Program-made: the position numbers and the translations under genes
Notes under the pieces: generated by a model
Seen by the model: the letters and a program-made list of their open reading frames with translations, nothing else
The model's database searches: none
What the model was told of the DNA's origin: nothing
Part shown: positions 51,405 through 64,000 of the stretch, piece by piece
How positions within the stretch are numbered: the first letter of the stretch is position 1
Layout: the number at the start of each line of letters is the position of its first letter
Assembly: GCA_964016885.1 (NCBI GenBank)
Contig: OZ024740.1
Coordinates: 288,486,001 to 288,550,000 of the forward strand
Length of the DNA: 64,000 nt
Reading direction: 5' to 3'
From: Eledone cirrhosa
Taxonomy: Eukaryota

Positions 51405-51803
51405 TAGGGTAGTGGATTGGCAGTATCGGTAGAGTATCAGACACCATGCTTTGCGGCATAGAGTTATGGCCCTTTACGTTCAAACCCTGCTGTGGTTAAC
51501 TTTGCCTTTCTAAAGCACCAGTAATGCACTGGGGTAATTGCTGGCCTTGTGCCAAAAGTAGAAACAATTATTGCCTTATAAGAACGGTGGATTGGCAGTA
51601 TCATTAGAGCATCTGGCAATATGCTTTGCGGTATAAAGTAACATCTCTTTACGTTGTGAGTTCAAATCCCGCTGAGATTAGCTTCGCCTTTCAACCTTAC
51701 AGGGTCGATAAAGTAAAGTACCAGTTATGCACTAGGGTTGATTTAATCGACTTTCCCCTTCCCCAAAATTGTTGGCCTTGTTCCTAAATCAGAAACCATT
51801 ATT
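51405..51803 (+). mobile_element. Two tandem family A SINEs
   Basis: GGATTGGCAGTATC heads near 51414 and 51589; B-box GAGTTCAAATCCC in the second copy. Confidence 0.85.
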
Positions 51804-52633
51804 ACTTTATAAGATAATTCACATCTTCAAATCTTTAAACAGTTACTTTTCTATGCAATATTTGCTTTGATATTCAAACCATTGATATATATATATATAT
51901 ATATATAACAGTACCAGCTATGATTATATTTGGGTTTGATAGATACTGCACACCAACTATTATAGCATGTACCTCAGTGATATCATCACCAAACTGACCA
52001 TAATAGTTGGCAAGTCGTTGATACCTCATCACCAACCATCATTCCATGTCAGTCTTTGCTATTGCACATTATACCACCAGACATCATATTTCACCAAATA
52101 AACTCCCAATACTATTTGTTATATATGTTTTGATTATTGCTATTTCTCATGTGATGATGTTGTTTAGGTCCACATCGATCAAGCAGATCTATGATAAAAA
52201 ACATATTTTTCCTATGATTGTAGAAGCCAAGACTGTTATCTAACATGTTCTTTTTAAAGTCGGCCATGTGTGATTTGAGGAAGACTTGGTTGCTATGTCT
52301 TTCATGTTGACCGATGACAGAGTTGGCTTGCTTCATGTGATGTAATCTCATTATGTCACCTGTAGCATTTTGGCAATGTTCTTTGCAGCTGTTTGCCCCA
52401 TGTTGCAAGTGAGCTGGGCTGGGATTCAGGTGTGTTTGTCATGGTCTGCCTCTGACTCATTAGTGGTTGAAATAAATATATCAATAACTTACAACGATTG
52501 CTGCTGCTGCTGTTGTTGCTACTACTACTACTACTACTATTACTACTACTACTGGCATGATCTGTGTAGTTTCAGTGTAGCAGGGGCTGATATCACTACT
52601 GTACACCTTGTTTCATTTACTTCCTTATATACT

Positions 52634-52674
<41 letters not shown>

Positions 52675-52726
52675 GAGGGTGTTGTAGATGTGTGTGTATC
52701 TTCATGTATGCCTATGGATGTCGGTG

Positions 52727-52783
<57 letters not shown>

Positions 52784-52848
52784 TAGATAACATCTTTCCC
52801 TCTGATTTTTTAATTGGAATGAAATGTATAGGAGGGAAGTTGAGCTCC

Positions 52849-52978
52849 TTTTGTTGTTGTAATAATAATGATAATAATAATAATAATGATTTCATTTATT
52901 AGCCACAAGGGCCGACATGTGGCTAATAAATGAAATCATTATTATTATCATTATTATTATTATTACAACAACAACAAA
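52849..52978. repeat. Fold-back inverted repeat
   Basis: 31-bp perfect arms at 52877-52907 and 52918-52948 with a 10-nt loop; imperfect extension through the (AAT)n/(TTG)n tracts. Confidence 0.9.
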
Positions 52979-53344
52979 ATAATAATAATAATAGTTATTA
53001 TCATCATCAACATCGTAATTGCTACCTTGTGGGGAGGGATAAATAAAACAGCTTTTCTTATCTCTACTCCAGTCTTCTTTCCAGTTTAATAATACTGAGG
53101 GAGAAGGGTAATGGTGCTGGCAGTGAGTGTGTGGAGGCGGAGAGTGGGGGTGGGAGAGTTACAGCCCCACATTCTTTCATTGTTAGTTTGCTATTTTAGA
53201 AATACTGTTGAACACTGAAGAAATGATTGTAGAGAAGCGGGGAGAGAAAAAAAAATCAATATCTTAGAATTTGTGTATGTTGGTATATGTGTGTGTCATT
53301 GTGTGTGTGTGGGTGTGGGTGTCAGTGTGTGTGTCAGTGGATTT

Positions 53345-53630
53345 ATCCTCTCTCCCTCCCTCCCTTCCTTTCTCTCTCTCTCCCTCCCTTCCTTTCTCCC
53401 CTCCCTCCCTGCCATCCTCTCTCCTTGCTCTCCCTTCCTTTCAATCTCTCCTTGCTCTGTCTCCTTTCCTTCCTCACTCTCTCTCTCTCTCCTTGCTCTC
53501 CATCCCTTTCTTTCTCTCACTCTCTCCTCTCTCTCTCTCTCTCCCTTCCTCCTCTCTCTCTCTCCTTGCTCTCCATCCCTTTCTTTCTCCCACTCTCTCC
53601 ATGGCTCTCCCTCCCTCCCTCTCTCTCTTT
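53345..53630. repeat. Polypyrimidine (CT-rich) tract
   Basis: About 285 bp of near-pure C/T containing repeated CTCCTTGCTCTCCATCCCTTTC. Confidence 0.9.
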
Positions 53631-54196
53631 ACAAAGCTGACTGTAGTTGGTGTTATGGCAACAACCAGTAGAATATTCAGATGATCACAATTGTGTCCCT
53701 ATAGAAGAAGAAAGCAGCAGTAGCATTTGTATAATAATAATAATAATAATAATAATGATAATAATAAATGAGATTGCTGGCATCCATCCTCCTAGTGTAG
53801 TTTTCTGCAATGAACAAACTGGTGGTTGTTCATTGATTGATTATTATTTATGCAACAAATCTCATTGCATCTCCAACCGTCTACTTTGTAATCAGGTTCT
53901 CCCCTTTCAATGTTATATAAATATGAATTACATATAAATATATATTTAGGAATGTTACTGTTTCACACAAAGCATAGAGAATTAATAAAGGAAATAATAA
54001 AAAAAATCTTTAATGAAAACGATCAAACTGGAAGAGAGTTGTGTTTTCAATATAATATGTTTGTTTAGGAGTTCCTCTATGTGGTTGTTACTGATTGATA
54101 ATGGTGGCCCATAACCGGTGACTGTCCTTGCTCTTTTTTGGTTGTTATTGTTACTTCTGCACTCTTTTGGCCATACCCATCTGTTGAAGAGAGAAA

Positions 54197-54923
54197 GTGG
54201 TGGTGGTGGTGGTGGTAGTTGTAGTAATAGCAGTAGTAGAAGTAGTAATAGTGGTAATAGTATTAGCAGCAGCAACAGTAGTAGTAGTAGTAGTAGTTAT
54301 AACAGTGGTGGTAGTAGTAGTAGTTATAACAGTGGTGGTAGTAGTAGTAGTTATAACAGTGGTGGTAGTAGTAGTAGTTATAACAGTGGTGGTAGTAGTA
54401 GTAGTTATAACAGTGGTGGTGGTAGTAGTAGTAGTTATAACAGTGGTGGTGGTAGTAGTAGTAGTTATAACAGTGGTGGTGGTAGTAGTAGTTATAACAG
54501 TGGTGGTGGTGGTAGTAGTAGAGGTAATAGTATTAGCAACAGTAGTAGTAGTATTAGCAACAGTAGTAGTAGCATTAGCAGCAGCAACAGTAGTAGTAGT
54601 AATAGTAGTTGTAGTAGTTATAACAGTGGTGGTGGTAGTAGTAGTAGTTATAACAGTGGTAGTGGTAGTAGTAGTAGTGGTAATAGTATTAGCAACAGTA
54701 GTAGTAGTATTAGCAGCAGCAACAGTAGTAGTAGTAGTAGTAATAGTAGTTGTAGTAGTTATAACAGTGGTGGTGGTAGTAGTAGTGGTAATAATATTAG
54801 CAGCAGCAACAGTAGTAGTAGTAGTAGTTATAATAATAGTGGTGGTAGTAGTAGTAGTAGTAATCATCATCATCATCATAATAATAGTGGTGGTGGTTGT
54901 GGTAGTAGTAGTAGTAGTAGCAG
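54197..54923. repeat. AGT/GGT trinucleotide-based minisatellite
   Basis: 27-30-bp units (AGT)nTATAACAGT(GGT)n. Confidence 0.95.
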
Positions 54924-55086
54924 TGTTAAAAGCAGAGATTATCAATATCAATGTTATTTTGAGCTGTAACAGCTTCTCTCGTGGACTTTGAGCAAAGAAT
55001 CAATCAGTTATGCTCTCATCATGGTCCAATAGAAAGCCAGCTTTCTAGTGTCTGCTGACTCCCTTACTTCATCTGCTCTTGGCCAG

Positions 55087-55153
55087 AATGCCGACATAAC
55101 AACACAAGTTGCAGTGCAGGGTATAAAGCGCTAAGGGCGCGGGAGACAGAATG
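55087..55153 (+). other. Candidate 67-nt internal exon
   Basis: Branch-like TGCTGAC near 55052, pyrimidine tract, CCAG acceptor at 55086, donor ATG|GTAAGC at 55153/55154; unique sequence with retained CpGs. Confidence 0.5.
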
Positions 55154-56256
55154 GTAAGCTAGTGCTTTCTCACTCACTCTCTCTCTCTTTAAATATATAT
55201 ATTTAAAACCCCTAATTTTACTAGCAAACATACTATTTATTTTCTCTATATTTTTTTCTAATCTTATGAGTATTTTCTATTTTATTCGTAAATTTATTAT
55301 AGAAAATATAGGGCATATGATTGTCTATAAAAAGAAAAGAAATCAACCACTTGTGGTCTTAAATGAAAATTCCTTTAGACTACTTTCAGTTTCAAATAAC
55401 ACCAGTTTCTTTTAATTTTTAATTCAATTTCCTGTTTCTATCAACTATTAATTAGAATTTATAGAAAAACTATACATATATGGAGCATTTTACTTGATAA
55501 TTTTATTTCTTTAGAAATTGTAATTTTCACATTTTATTTTCATTTTCACATTTATAGCTGACTGAAAAAGCATTAAATACATTTTTGACCCTCCCCCCCT
55601 CTTTTTTTTTTACTGGTCATTGATGTTATTCTTGGTATCTTCATTCTGCTTTTCAGCATTTCCCATTTCATTTGTCAGAGATACCATAGCATTTATCCTG
55701 TCCTATCTGTCATATAATGTGTGTATATACATATAATGTATGTGTCTGTAATGTATGAATATATTTGTGTGTGTATGTATAAGTGTGTAAATATATATAT
55801 ATATATATATATATTAAAAAGTGAGGTTTTTTTTACAAAATGAAAAATAACCGAGGTGTCCTACACGAGTGAAAGTATAAATATATATATATATGTACAT
55901 GTAATATATGTTTGTAATATGTGCATATACATGGGTGTGTATGTAATATGTATATCTGTGTATAATGTATGCATGTATATGTATGTAATGTGTTTGTGTT
56001 TAATGTATGTATATAGATATATTGTATCTATGAAACAGCAGTTCAGTTGTGAAACCCCATTACCTAGCTTACATATTTTAGAGAAATTTAACAACACCTG
56101 TTCACTTTGATATCTTAGTTAAATGTTTGTGTGTTTTGATATTTTTCTAATATTTAGCTACAGGCATATATTTATTCTGTATAAAAATATTTCTTTGTAT
56201 TTTACATTAAGATGTCTTTCTTTTGGCTAATGAAGTGCCTCTACATTTTACATTAA

Positions 56257-56462
56257 CCCTTTTGAAATGTATTTGAATTGATGGAAAATGTGAGGCATTT
56301 ACTAAAATTATTATTTCATTATCAACATGGTATTTGTAACATAAAAAAGGTTCTTATATTAGATTATGTTGAAAGATTTTAATTTAAATAAGAACCCTTA
56401 AAAACAGGTGGTTTTGTTTCATAAACCCTGATGCAGTTTTGGCTGGGTTGGTATGAAAACTG
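56257..56462. mobile_element. piggyBac-type MITE, family 2 (degraded)
   Basis: TTAA|CCCTTTTGA start and GGGTTGGTATGAAAAC end; similar to 1476-1700. Confidence 0.55.
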
Positions 56463-59229
56463 TTAGGAATTCTGTTCTTTCTACTGAGGCACATCTGTAC
56501 ATGTTTCACTAATACGTCTCTATATTTAATATTTGATATTGAGCTATGTTAGTATTGATTTGTGAGTTTTTAGTATTTATATTTAATAATTAATGAGGTA
56601 GATACACCTATACATTTCCCCATGTTAATCATGTGAGGTAACTCACAGGTGGGTACTGCTCATGATTAAATATTGAGTCCTCAGACTGCAAAGATAATTT
56701 ATTACATCCCTCCCAACTACGTAATGGAGGGTGTATAATTTATATATGTATGTGTGTGAATATGTATGTGTATGAATATATATATCTATGTGTGTGAATT
56801 ATGTATATGTGTATTTTATGTGTTTGTATATATATCCACACCCACTCTCTTTCTCTCTCTACATACATATATATATATATATACACACACGTAAGGATGT
56901 ATGTGAATATGTGTATTAATAGGTGTGTGAATGTATGTATCCATGTATATTGTGCTTGTGTATGTATGTATGTATATATGTGTGTCAATATATGTAGTAG
57001 GCATTTATACACAATATCATTGAATATGAACATAAATTATAAATATATGTGTATATATGTATGCGTATATTTAAAGATTATGTTGTGAAAAAGTAGGAAG
57101 TGGACATGTATGATATACACATACATCAATATATATCACTAACTACTATGTGTATATCTTGTGCATAAATGCATATACATATATGTGTGTGTGTGTGTGT
57201 GTGTAGTACAGTATCAATTGTTGCTATTGCAGTGTGTGTGTGTGTGTTTTATACACCCACACAAATTTGTGTCATATAAACATAATATATTGATGATATT
57301 AAATACTATGTATCTGTTATATAAACCAAAATGTATGTATATTATGGCATTAAATATTACTGTTTGTTATATACATGTATAATATAACATTGAATGTGGT
57401 TGTGTGTATAATGACATTATACACATTTGTGTATAATGACATGTTACTGCTGTAAAAAAAAATTAATAAAAAATATATACATAGATAAGTATGTATAATG
57501 CATCTTATGCTGCTGTATATATAATGCATCTTATGCTGCTGTATGTATATATTAAACATCCATAAATGTATGCTTAGTACAGCATCACATGCTTCTCTAA
57601 TCAGCCTGTCAACTGTTCATTAGTAGTGGACTACTACATCATATTATAATTACTTTACTATATTGCTTTAACTACCACTCTCACTGCCTTTATATGAAAC
57701 ACTGTGGTATTTAATATCTAATATCTACCTTACTATATTCCCCAAACTACCACCTCTATCAATAGTGCCCACCTTACTAAATTGTGCTGTTACCTCCCAC
57801 TCTCTTGTTAGTAAAGTATTATAGCATACTACAGTTATATCTTGCTGTAACTACCATCTTCCTTTCTTCTGATAGTATATGTATCATATTATGTTGCTCT
57901 GTTACCTCCTACTCAATAGTATAGATCATATATTACTTGCTTTTATTCTCCATCCCTTCCAGCAGCCGTAAAACAATACATGAAATAGTATCTATCATAC
58001 TGTGTTGCTCTAACACACCCACTCTCAATAGTATCTAACACACTACACTGCTCTAACTATTATCCCCCACTAGCTCAATAGCATCTGCCATACTATATTG
58101 CTCTAACTATAGCACTAGTATCCTTCCTCATTAATGATGTCTAAATTAATGTGGGTGAGCAATGCTAGGGTGTGGTTTTTATGTAGCTATAGAGTCAAGG
58201 TCATAGTGATACAGGTATGATATAGTTGCGTAAATGGTGTGGTAATTTAGAGGTGTAGCTAAACTCATAACATAATATATTTGCTTAAGCTGTACACTGT
58301 ATTAACACTACTATTATTATTATCATTAGTAGCAGTAGTATTGGTAGGGCAGTGGATTGGCAGTATCAGTAGAGGGTCAGATGTCATGTTTTGCAGCATA
58401 GAGTTATGGCCAACAATAACACCTGTTAATTCCCCTCCAAGGCTTTCCTTCTAACTGATAGGGTAAAAATATAGTTTTGTTTGTTTGTTTTGTTAATTCC
58501 AGTTGATTTTACCATTCTAATGTTACCATCAGCTAAGTTGAGACATGGTCTAGATATAATGAACTTCATATCTCAAGATGTGGTAGGATTGGGTCAGACC
58601 CTAGAGTTGAGAAAACTAAGAGCTGTAGTAACTGGTGAGGTAAGCTATATGGCAGACCTTACAACCCATAGATGCTTGGAGAAATGGTCATTCCATCGAT
58701 TCAGAGGATTGGTGAAATTGTTAGAGTATCAGAGAAAATAATGTGGCATTTGTTCCAGCTCTTTAAGTTCTAAATTTAAATCCCGCTAGAGGTCAACTGT
58801 TTCTTTTATTCTTGAAGTGTGGGTAAATAAAATGTGTCACCCAAGAATTAGTGTCAATAAAATTTACTATATCCCCCCCTCCCATGAAGGTCAAGTTTGC
58901 ATGTCATCTTTTTGGGGGCTTGATAAAGTAGTGAACTGGTCAAGTACTAAGGTTGATTTAATCAACTTATCATCCTCCACCCAAAGAAAAGTTTCTGTTT
59001 TTGTACTTATGTAAGAAATTATTAGGGGTGCTGGATTACCAGAATCATAAGAACTTTGAATAAAATGCTTTGCAACATTTGTTTTGGTTTTGTACCAAGG
59101 TAAATCAGGATTGGGCACTTGAGAGGTTGAGGCAATTGGCATCATACTCAAGGAAAAGGAACAAAAAGTAACCCTGACAATTCAATATCTGAACAGTTCA
59201 GCTCTTTGAGAAGCATTGGCTATTATTGT

Positions 59230-59930
59230 AGGGTGCTAAAACAACAGACCAATTAAATTGTTTGGGATTTGATATAGAGTAGATCCCCAGGTGCATAGGA
59301 ACTGTGATGAAATTATGAGCAGGTTGACCAATCTCACTCAGAAGAGGGCTGTGAGGAAACTATTACTGGAAGGTCATTCAGAGGTGGCAAATGCATACAT
59401 CATTTCCAATGTATATTACCATCTGACCATCGTGTCTTTTCCCAGATTTGAGTATCTGTTCTTTTGCTTCTTGTGAAAAGGTCACATTTGCCTGGTCAGA
59501 TCATCCTTCTACAACCTCTATACAGAAAGATTTTGTTGTGGTTGATGATGTGTAGATGTTGTGGCATCTGCAGAATTTCCTTGGTGGTGAGCAACTGTAG
59601 GTGCCTTATGGTTGTTTTACAGCTCATTCCTTGACAGATCTGCTCTCTTGGGTCAAATGAAAATTGAGACTTGGTATCTGGGATGTTGTCAGATGCTCAG
59701 AACCCTCTTCCAATTGGGGAATGCAGTCAGTAGAATTCCCATGTTAGTTTTCTATAGAGGATTGTTGGGGAAGAGCAACAGTATTCTCAGAGAAACTCTT
59801 GGCATCAAAAGGTTGGTCAGTTCAAGAGGACTTTCAACCCATGAACTAAGGATAATTTTCAGAAATCACTGGCCTAGCCAGACCTTGTCATTTCACAAAC
59901 TCTATAAGTATGGAAGTGCTGTCAACTAAG
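59230..59930 (+). mobile_element. Degraded L1/Tx1-clade LINE ORF2 fragment (post-RT region)
   Basis: IKLFGI*Y, then RKLLLEGHSEVANAYIISNVYYHLTIV...LFFCFL*KG, which resembles the Tx1 pattern LSLxGRxxVxNxxxxSxxxY...LFxFLWxG. Confidence 0.65.
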
Positions 59931-60580
59931 ATGTACAGAGAGTGAAGATAAACTCTATAACACATTTGTGTACTGCGTATATCACTTTTAAAAAAATGTT
60001 TGTATCCTCTCCTGTAATATCTTTTCGTCTCATTTCTCTTGTGGACTTGTGCCAAAGTTATAAATTATTACCATCATTATCATTAAATTTACTTCCACTA
60101 TTTGTTTCACATGCGCATGTATGTGTGTTTCAGATAATGTTGCTAGTACTGTCAAGAAATTACACACACACACATCTTGTGCTACACACAATCATTGTAC
60201 TTCATATACATACATTGTTGCATAGCTCTGTACACGCACACATGCACACACACACACCACGTATGTGCTACACACAATATTGTACTTCATGTACACACAT
60301 TGTTACATACCTCTACACACACACACACATTAACTTGTGCTAACATGTGTGTATTGCTGAAATATTTCTCTTGCCTTCCATTACATACAGCTTTCAATGA
60401 CACAACTGTGAAATATCCCCTCTTTCTCACTCTCCCATTCCCCCCCCCCTCTCGATGTAGACCTTAGCTTCCAAGTGAGGAAGACAAATGCAGTAGAAAG
60501 CTTCTGTCCGTAAACACATGACTCATCTGATGTAGTCAATCTTTCTATTCATCTATATCTGATGATGCTTTAACAAAAAT

Positions 60581-60615
<35 letters not shown>

Positions 60616-60642
60616 CTTTTTCTCTTTCTTCGCCATTGCTAG

Positions 60643-60973
60643 GTGGTGGTGTAGTGATGATGATGGTGGTGGTGATGTAGTGATGATGATGGTGATGGTG
60701 TAGTGACCATGATGATGATGATGGTGGTGTAGTGACCATGATGATGATGGTGGTGGTGGTGTAGTGACGATGATGGTGTAGTGACCATGATGATGATGAT
60801 GGTGGTGGTGTAGTGACCATGATGGTGGTGGTGGTGGTGGTGTAGTGACGATGATGATGGTGGTGGTGGTGTAGTGATGATGATGATGATGGCAGTGGTG
60901 GTAGTGTAGCGACGATGGTGGTGGTGGTGGTGTAGTGATGATGATGATGATGATGGTGGTGGAGTGGTGATGA
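60643..60973. repeat. GGT/GAT trinucleotide compound repeat
   Basis: (GGT)nGTAGTGACCAT(GAT)n units. Confidence 0.95.
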
Positions 60974-61239
60974 TTCTCCCCCACCTCATCCCACCCCTTA
61001 TTTTTATTATATTTCAATCATTGTAATTACTGGATATAAGAGAGGAAGCAGTGAATGTTGAGTGAGGTAGTTGGCATCTCAGATGGGACATTCTCTAACC
61101 TATTTCAGCTATTGGCCTAGCTACAACATTTGCACCATCACTGCTGCCACCACTACCAACAACATCATTTGTATTATCACCAGCACCATAATCACTACCT
61201 ATTATTATCACAATTCCTATATTGATAATGGCTGTTTCT

Positions 61240-61395
61240 TCCTTGATTTTTAGAGTTTTTTTACAGTGACGGGGTGCTAGCCCAACACCTAACTTTCCTC
61301 CTTTGTCAACCATGCTTAGAAATTAGTCGGACAATTGCAGGGAGAATCGTGGCAGATCGACTGTGCCTCAAGGTGCAAGAAGACCTCAGGCTAAG
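61240..61395 (-). mobile_element. Possible RTE 5'-region fragment
   Basis: Minus-strand GTTAGGTGTTGGGCTAGCACCCCGTCACTGTAAAAAAAC resembles the conserved 5' motif of RTE-clade elements. Confidence 0.35.
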
Positions 61396-61934
61396 TTAGA
61401 CTATAAATAGGATTATAACCTTTACTGTTATTTCCACAATCACTGCCACTATCGTAATCATGATACATCTCCACAGTGTATACCACAACCACCATTGTCA
61501 CCATTGCAACTCTCTCTATACTTAACACAGTTGGTCATTCAAACTAGAAACTAGTTGCTTTGGAGATGATGCTAGGAAAAATAGTAGAATTGAATTTATT
61601 GGGTGAAGAGCTTCGATAGTGCTATCAGAAAAGGTTGGAGATGATAAAGATAGAATGCTTAGGTTACAGTAACATCAATAACATTACAACAACTGCTACA
61701 GTCGTACAAAGTTACTTTTAAGTGCTTGCTCAACGTCCTAGAAACAGCTACCAAGTCTCCCTCAAATTACATCCTACCGTCTTTAAAAGAAAAAACACAT
61801 CTAAGATACACAGTCTGAAAAAAAGATGAGAATGCTTTTGATCCTAGGTTTGCCCAATCAGCTGAACTAGAACTAAACATTATCAACCATGGTTTTAAGA
61901 CTAGAATGTGTTTAGTCATGCATCTACTCAATCG

Positions 61935-63240
61935 CAGTAACAGAAACAACTACAGGTACGGCAGTAAAAACAACTACAGGTACGGCAGTAAAAACAACTA
62001 GAGATAGAGCTGTAACAACTAGAGATAGAGCTGTAACAACTAGAGATAGAGCTGTAACAACTAGAGATAGAGCTGTAACAACTAGAGATAGAGCTGTAAC
62101 AACTAGAGATAGAGCTGTAACAACTAGAGATAGAGCTGTAACAACTACAGATAGAGCAGTAACAACAACTAGAGATAGAGCTGTAACAACTACAGATAGA
62201 GCAGTAACAACAACTACAGATAGAGCAGTAACAACAACTACAAATACAGCACTAACAACAACTATAAATATAGCAGTAACAACTATAAATATAGCAGTAA
62301 CAACTACAAATATAGCAGTAACAACTATAAATATAGCAGTAACAACTATAAATATAGCAGTAACAACTACAAATATAGCAGTAACAACTACAAATATAGC
62401 AGTAACAACTATAAATATAGCAGTAACAACTATAAATATAGCAGTAACAACTATAAATATAGCAGTAACAACTACAAATATAGCAGTAACAACTATAAAT
62501 ATAGCAGTAACAACTATAAATATAGCAGTAACAACTACAAATATAGCAGTAACAACTATAAATATAGCAGTAACAACTATAAATATAGCAGTAACAACTA
62601 CAAATACAGCAGTAACAACTATAAATATAGCAGTAACAACTACAAATATAGCAGTAACAACTATAAATATAGCAGTAACAACTATAAATATAGCAGTAAC
62701 AACTACAAATATAGCAGTAACAACTACAAATATAGCAGTAACAACTACAAATATAGCAGTAACAACTACAAATATAGCAGTAACAACAACTACAGATACA
62801 GCAGTAACAACTACAAATATAGCAGTAACAACAACTACAGATACAGCAGTAACAACTACAAATATAGCAGTAACAACTACAAATACAGCAGTAACAACTA
62901 TAAATATAGCAGTAACAACTACAAATACAGCAGTAACAACTACAAATACAGCAGTAACAACTACAAATACAGCAGTAACAACTACAAATATAGCAGTAAC
63001 AACTACAAATATAGCAGTAACAACTACAAATACAGCAGTAACAACTACAAATATAGCAGTAACAACTACAAATATAGCAGTAACAACTACAAATATAGCA
63101 GTAACAACTACAAATATAGCAGTAACAACTACAAATATAGCAGTAACAACTACAAATATAGCAGTAACAACTACAAATACAGCAGTAACAACTACAAATA
63201 CAGCAGTAACAACAACTACAGATACAGCAGTAATAACTAC
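61935..63240. repeat. 21/24-bp minisatellite
   Basis: ACAACTAYAAATAYAGCAGTA units, with a left sector of ACAACTAGAGATAGAGCTGTA. Confidence 0.97.
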
Positions 63241-63874
63241 ATCATCAAGCAATACCATTATTGATTAGAAGAATTAAGCTTTTGCGTATTTTCTTGACCA
63301 ACTTAGTTAACTGTGAAATTTCCTTTAACAAACTTTTGTAAAATAATTTCCATAAAATTAATTACTTCAGGTGTTGTATGATATGTTATAAAATTTTTCT
63401 CACATACTAATTAATACTTATATATTTAATTTAGGTGTTATAACTTCAAAATTGTCCTATATTTAATCCATAAGCTCTATGGTGTTTAGAATAGGTGCAC
63501 CATATCCGTACATGCTGCACGAGTTCACAATAGCAAGAGCATCCATCTGTAAAACACTGTCTCTAAAAGGGAACTATGATAATTGCCATGGACCCTGCAT
63601 GGCTATCCTTTACTTCAGCGTAAAAAATACTCTTGATATATTTGTTAATATATGTATATTCTCTCTAGGAGTCATGACCCAAATTATTTTAGAGCAAAGC
63701 TTTTGAAATATAATATCCTTATATAGAGTTTATTGATTCGCTATGGTGTGTTATGTAATTTTCCTCACACTAATTTGAACTCCGATGTTCTCTCTAAATA
63801 TTATAACTGAAAAATTATCTTAGAGCAAAGTTATTTGCATGTTCTAGAGTGTATTATATAATCATGTAATCTCT

Positions 63875-64000
63875 AGATGTGGGTTCGGTTCCTGGACTGG
63901 GGGGGTGCATTGTATTTTTGAGCAAGATGCTTCATTTCGTGTAGCTTTTCATAATAGTAGGGAATCCTATCATTGAAAAACCTGAGAAACATCCCATGAG
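63875..64000 (+). mobile_element. CORE-type SINE, cut by the window end
   Basis: GGGTTCGGTTCC B-box-like motif, TTGAGCAAGATGCTT core, and CCTATCATTGAAAAACCTGAGAAAC shared with about 46495-46520. Confidence 0.6.

Noticed and set aside
54118-54969. 283-aa signal-peptide-like, Ser/Gly/Tyr-rich ORF resembling a structural protein
   Set aside because: Starts at GTG two codons after an in-frame stop with no ATG; the body is an AGT/GGT repeat of a kind common in this window, with several frames open.
55087-55134. DITTQVAVQGIKR resembles the PTBP N-terminus (IVTEVAVGVKR)
   Set aside because: It is followed by a stop, with no donor at the expected position and no GSDEL continuation.

Overview
AT-rich eukaryotic (animal) DNA dominated by transposon debris and simple repeats. 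The repeat content (tRNA-derived SINEs, CORE-type SINEs, RTE LINEs with (GAT)n tails, long CA/TA/AAT tracts) points to a coleoid cephalopod, probably Octopus; this is inferred from repeat types, not from a search. No intact multi-exon gene or full-length autonomous element is visible, and almost all listed ORFs are repeat artefacts. The window reads as the 5' part of a very large + strand gene: a CpG-retaining promoter-like zone (about 2.9-5.9 kb) followed by CpG-depleted intronic DNA. That intronic DNA holds three candidate small exons: a 50-nt exon starting at an AG|GTAAGT recursive-splicing-type site (13534-13583), a putative alternative first coding exon behind a CRE/CCAAT element (20211-20297), and a 67-nt cassette exon (55087-55153). 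Mobile DNA includes RTE LINEs with a PHD-type finger inside the RT region, CRE-like and Tx1-like LINE fossils, piggyBac/hAT/pogo-type MITEs, a Helitron 3' end and Penelope-like remnants with partial hammerhead motifs. There are also two long fold-back palindromes and several minisatellites, one born inside a SINE promoter. Boundaries of degraded repeats are approximate and were read by eye.
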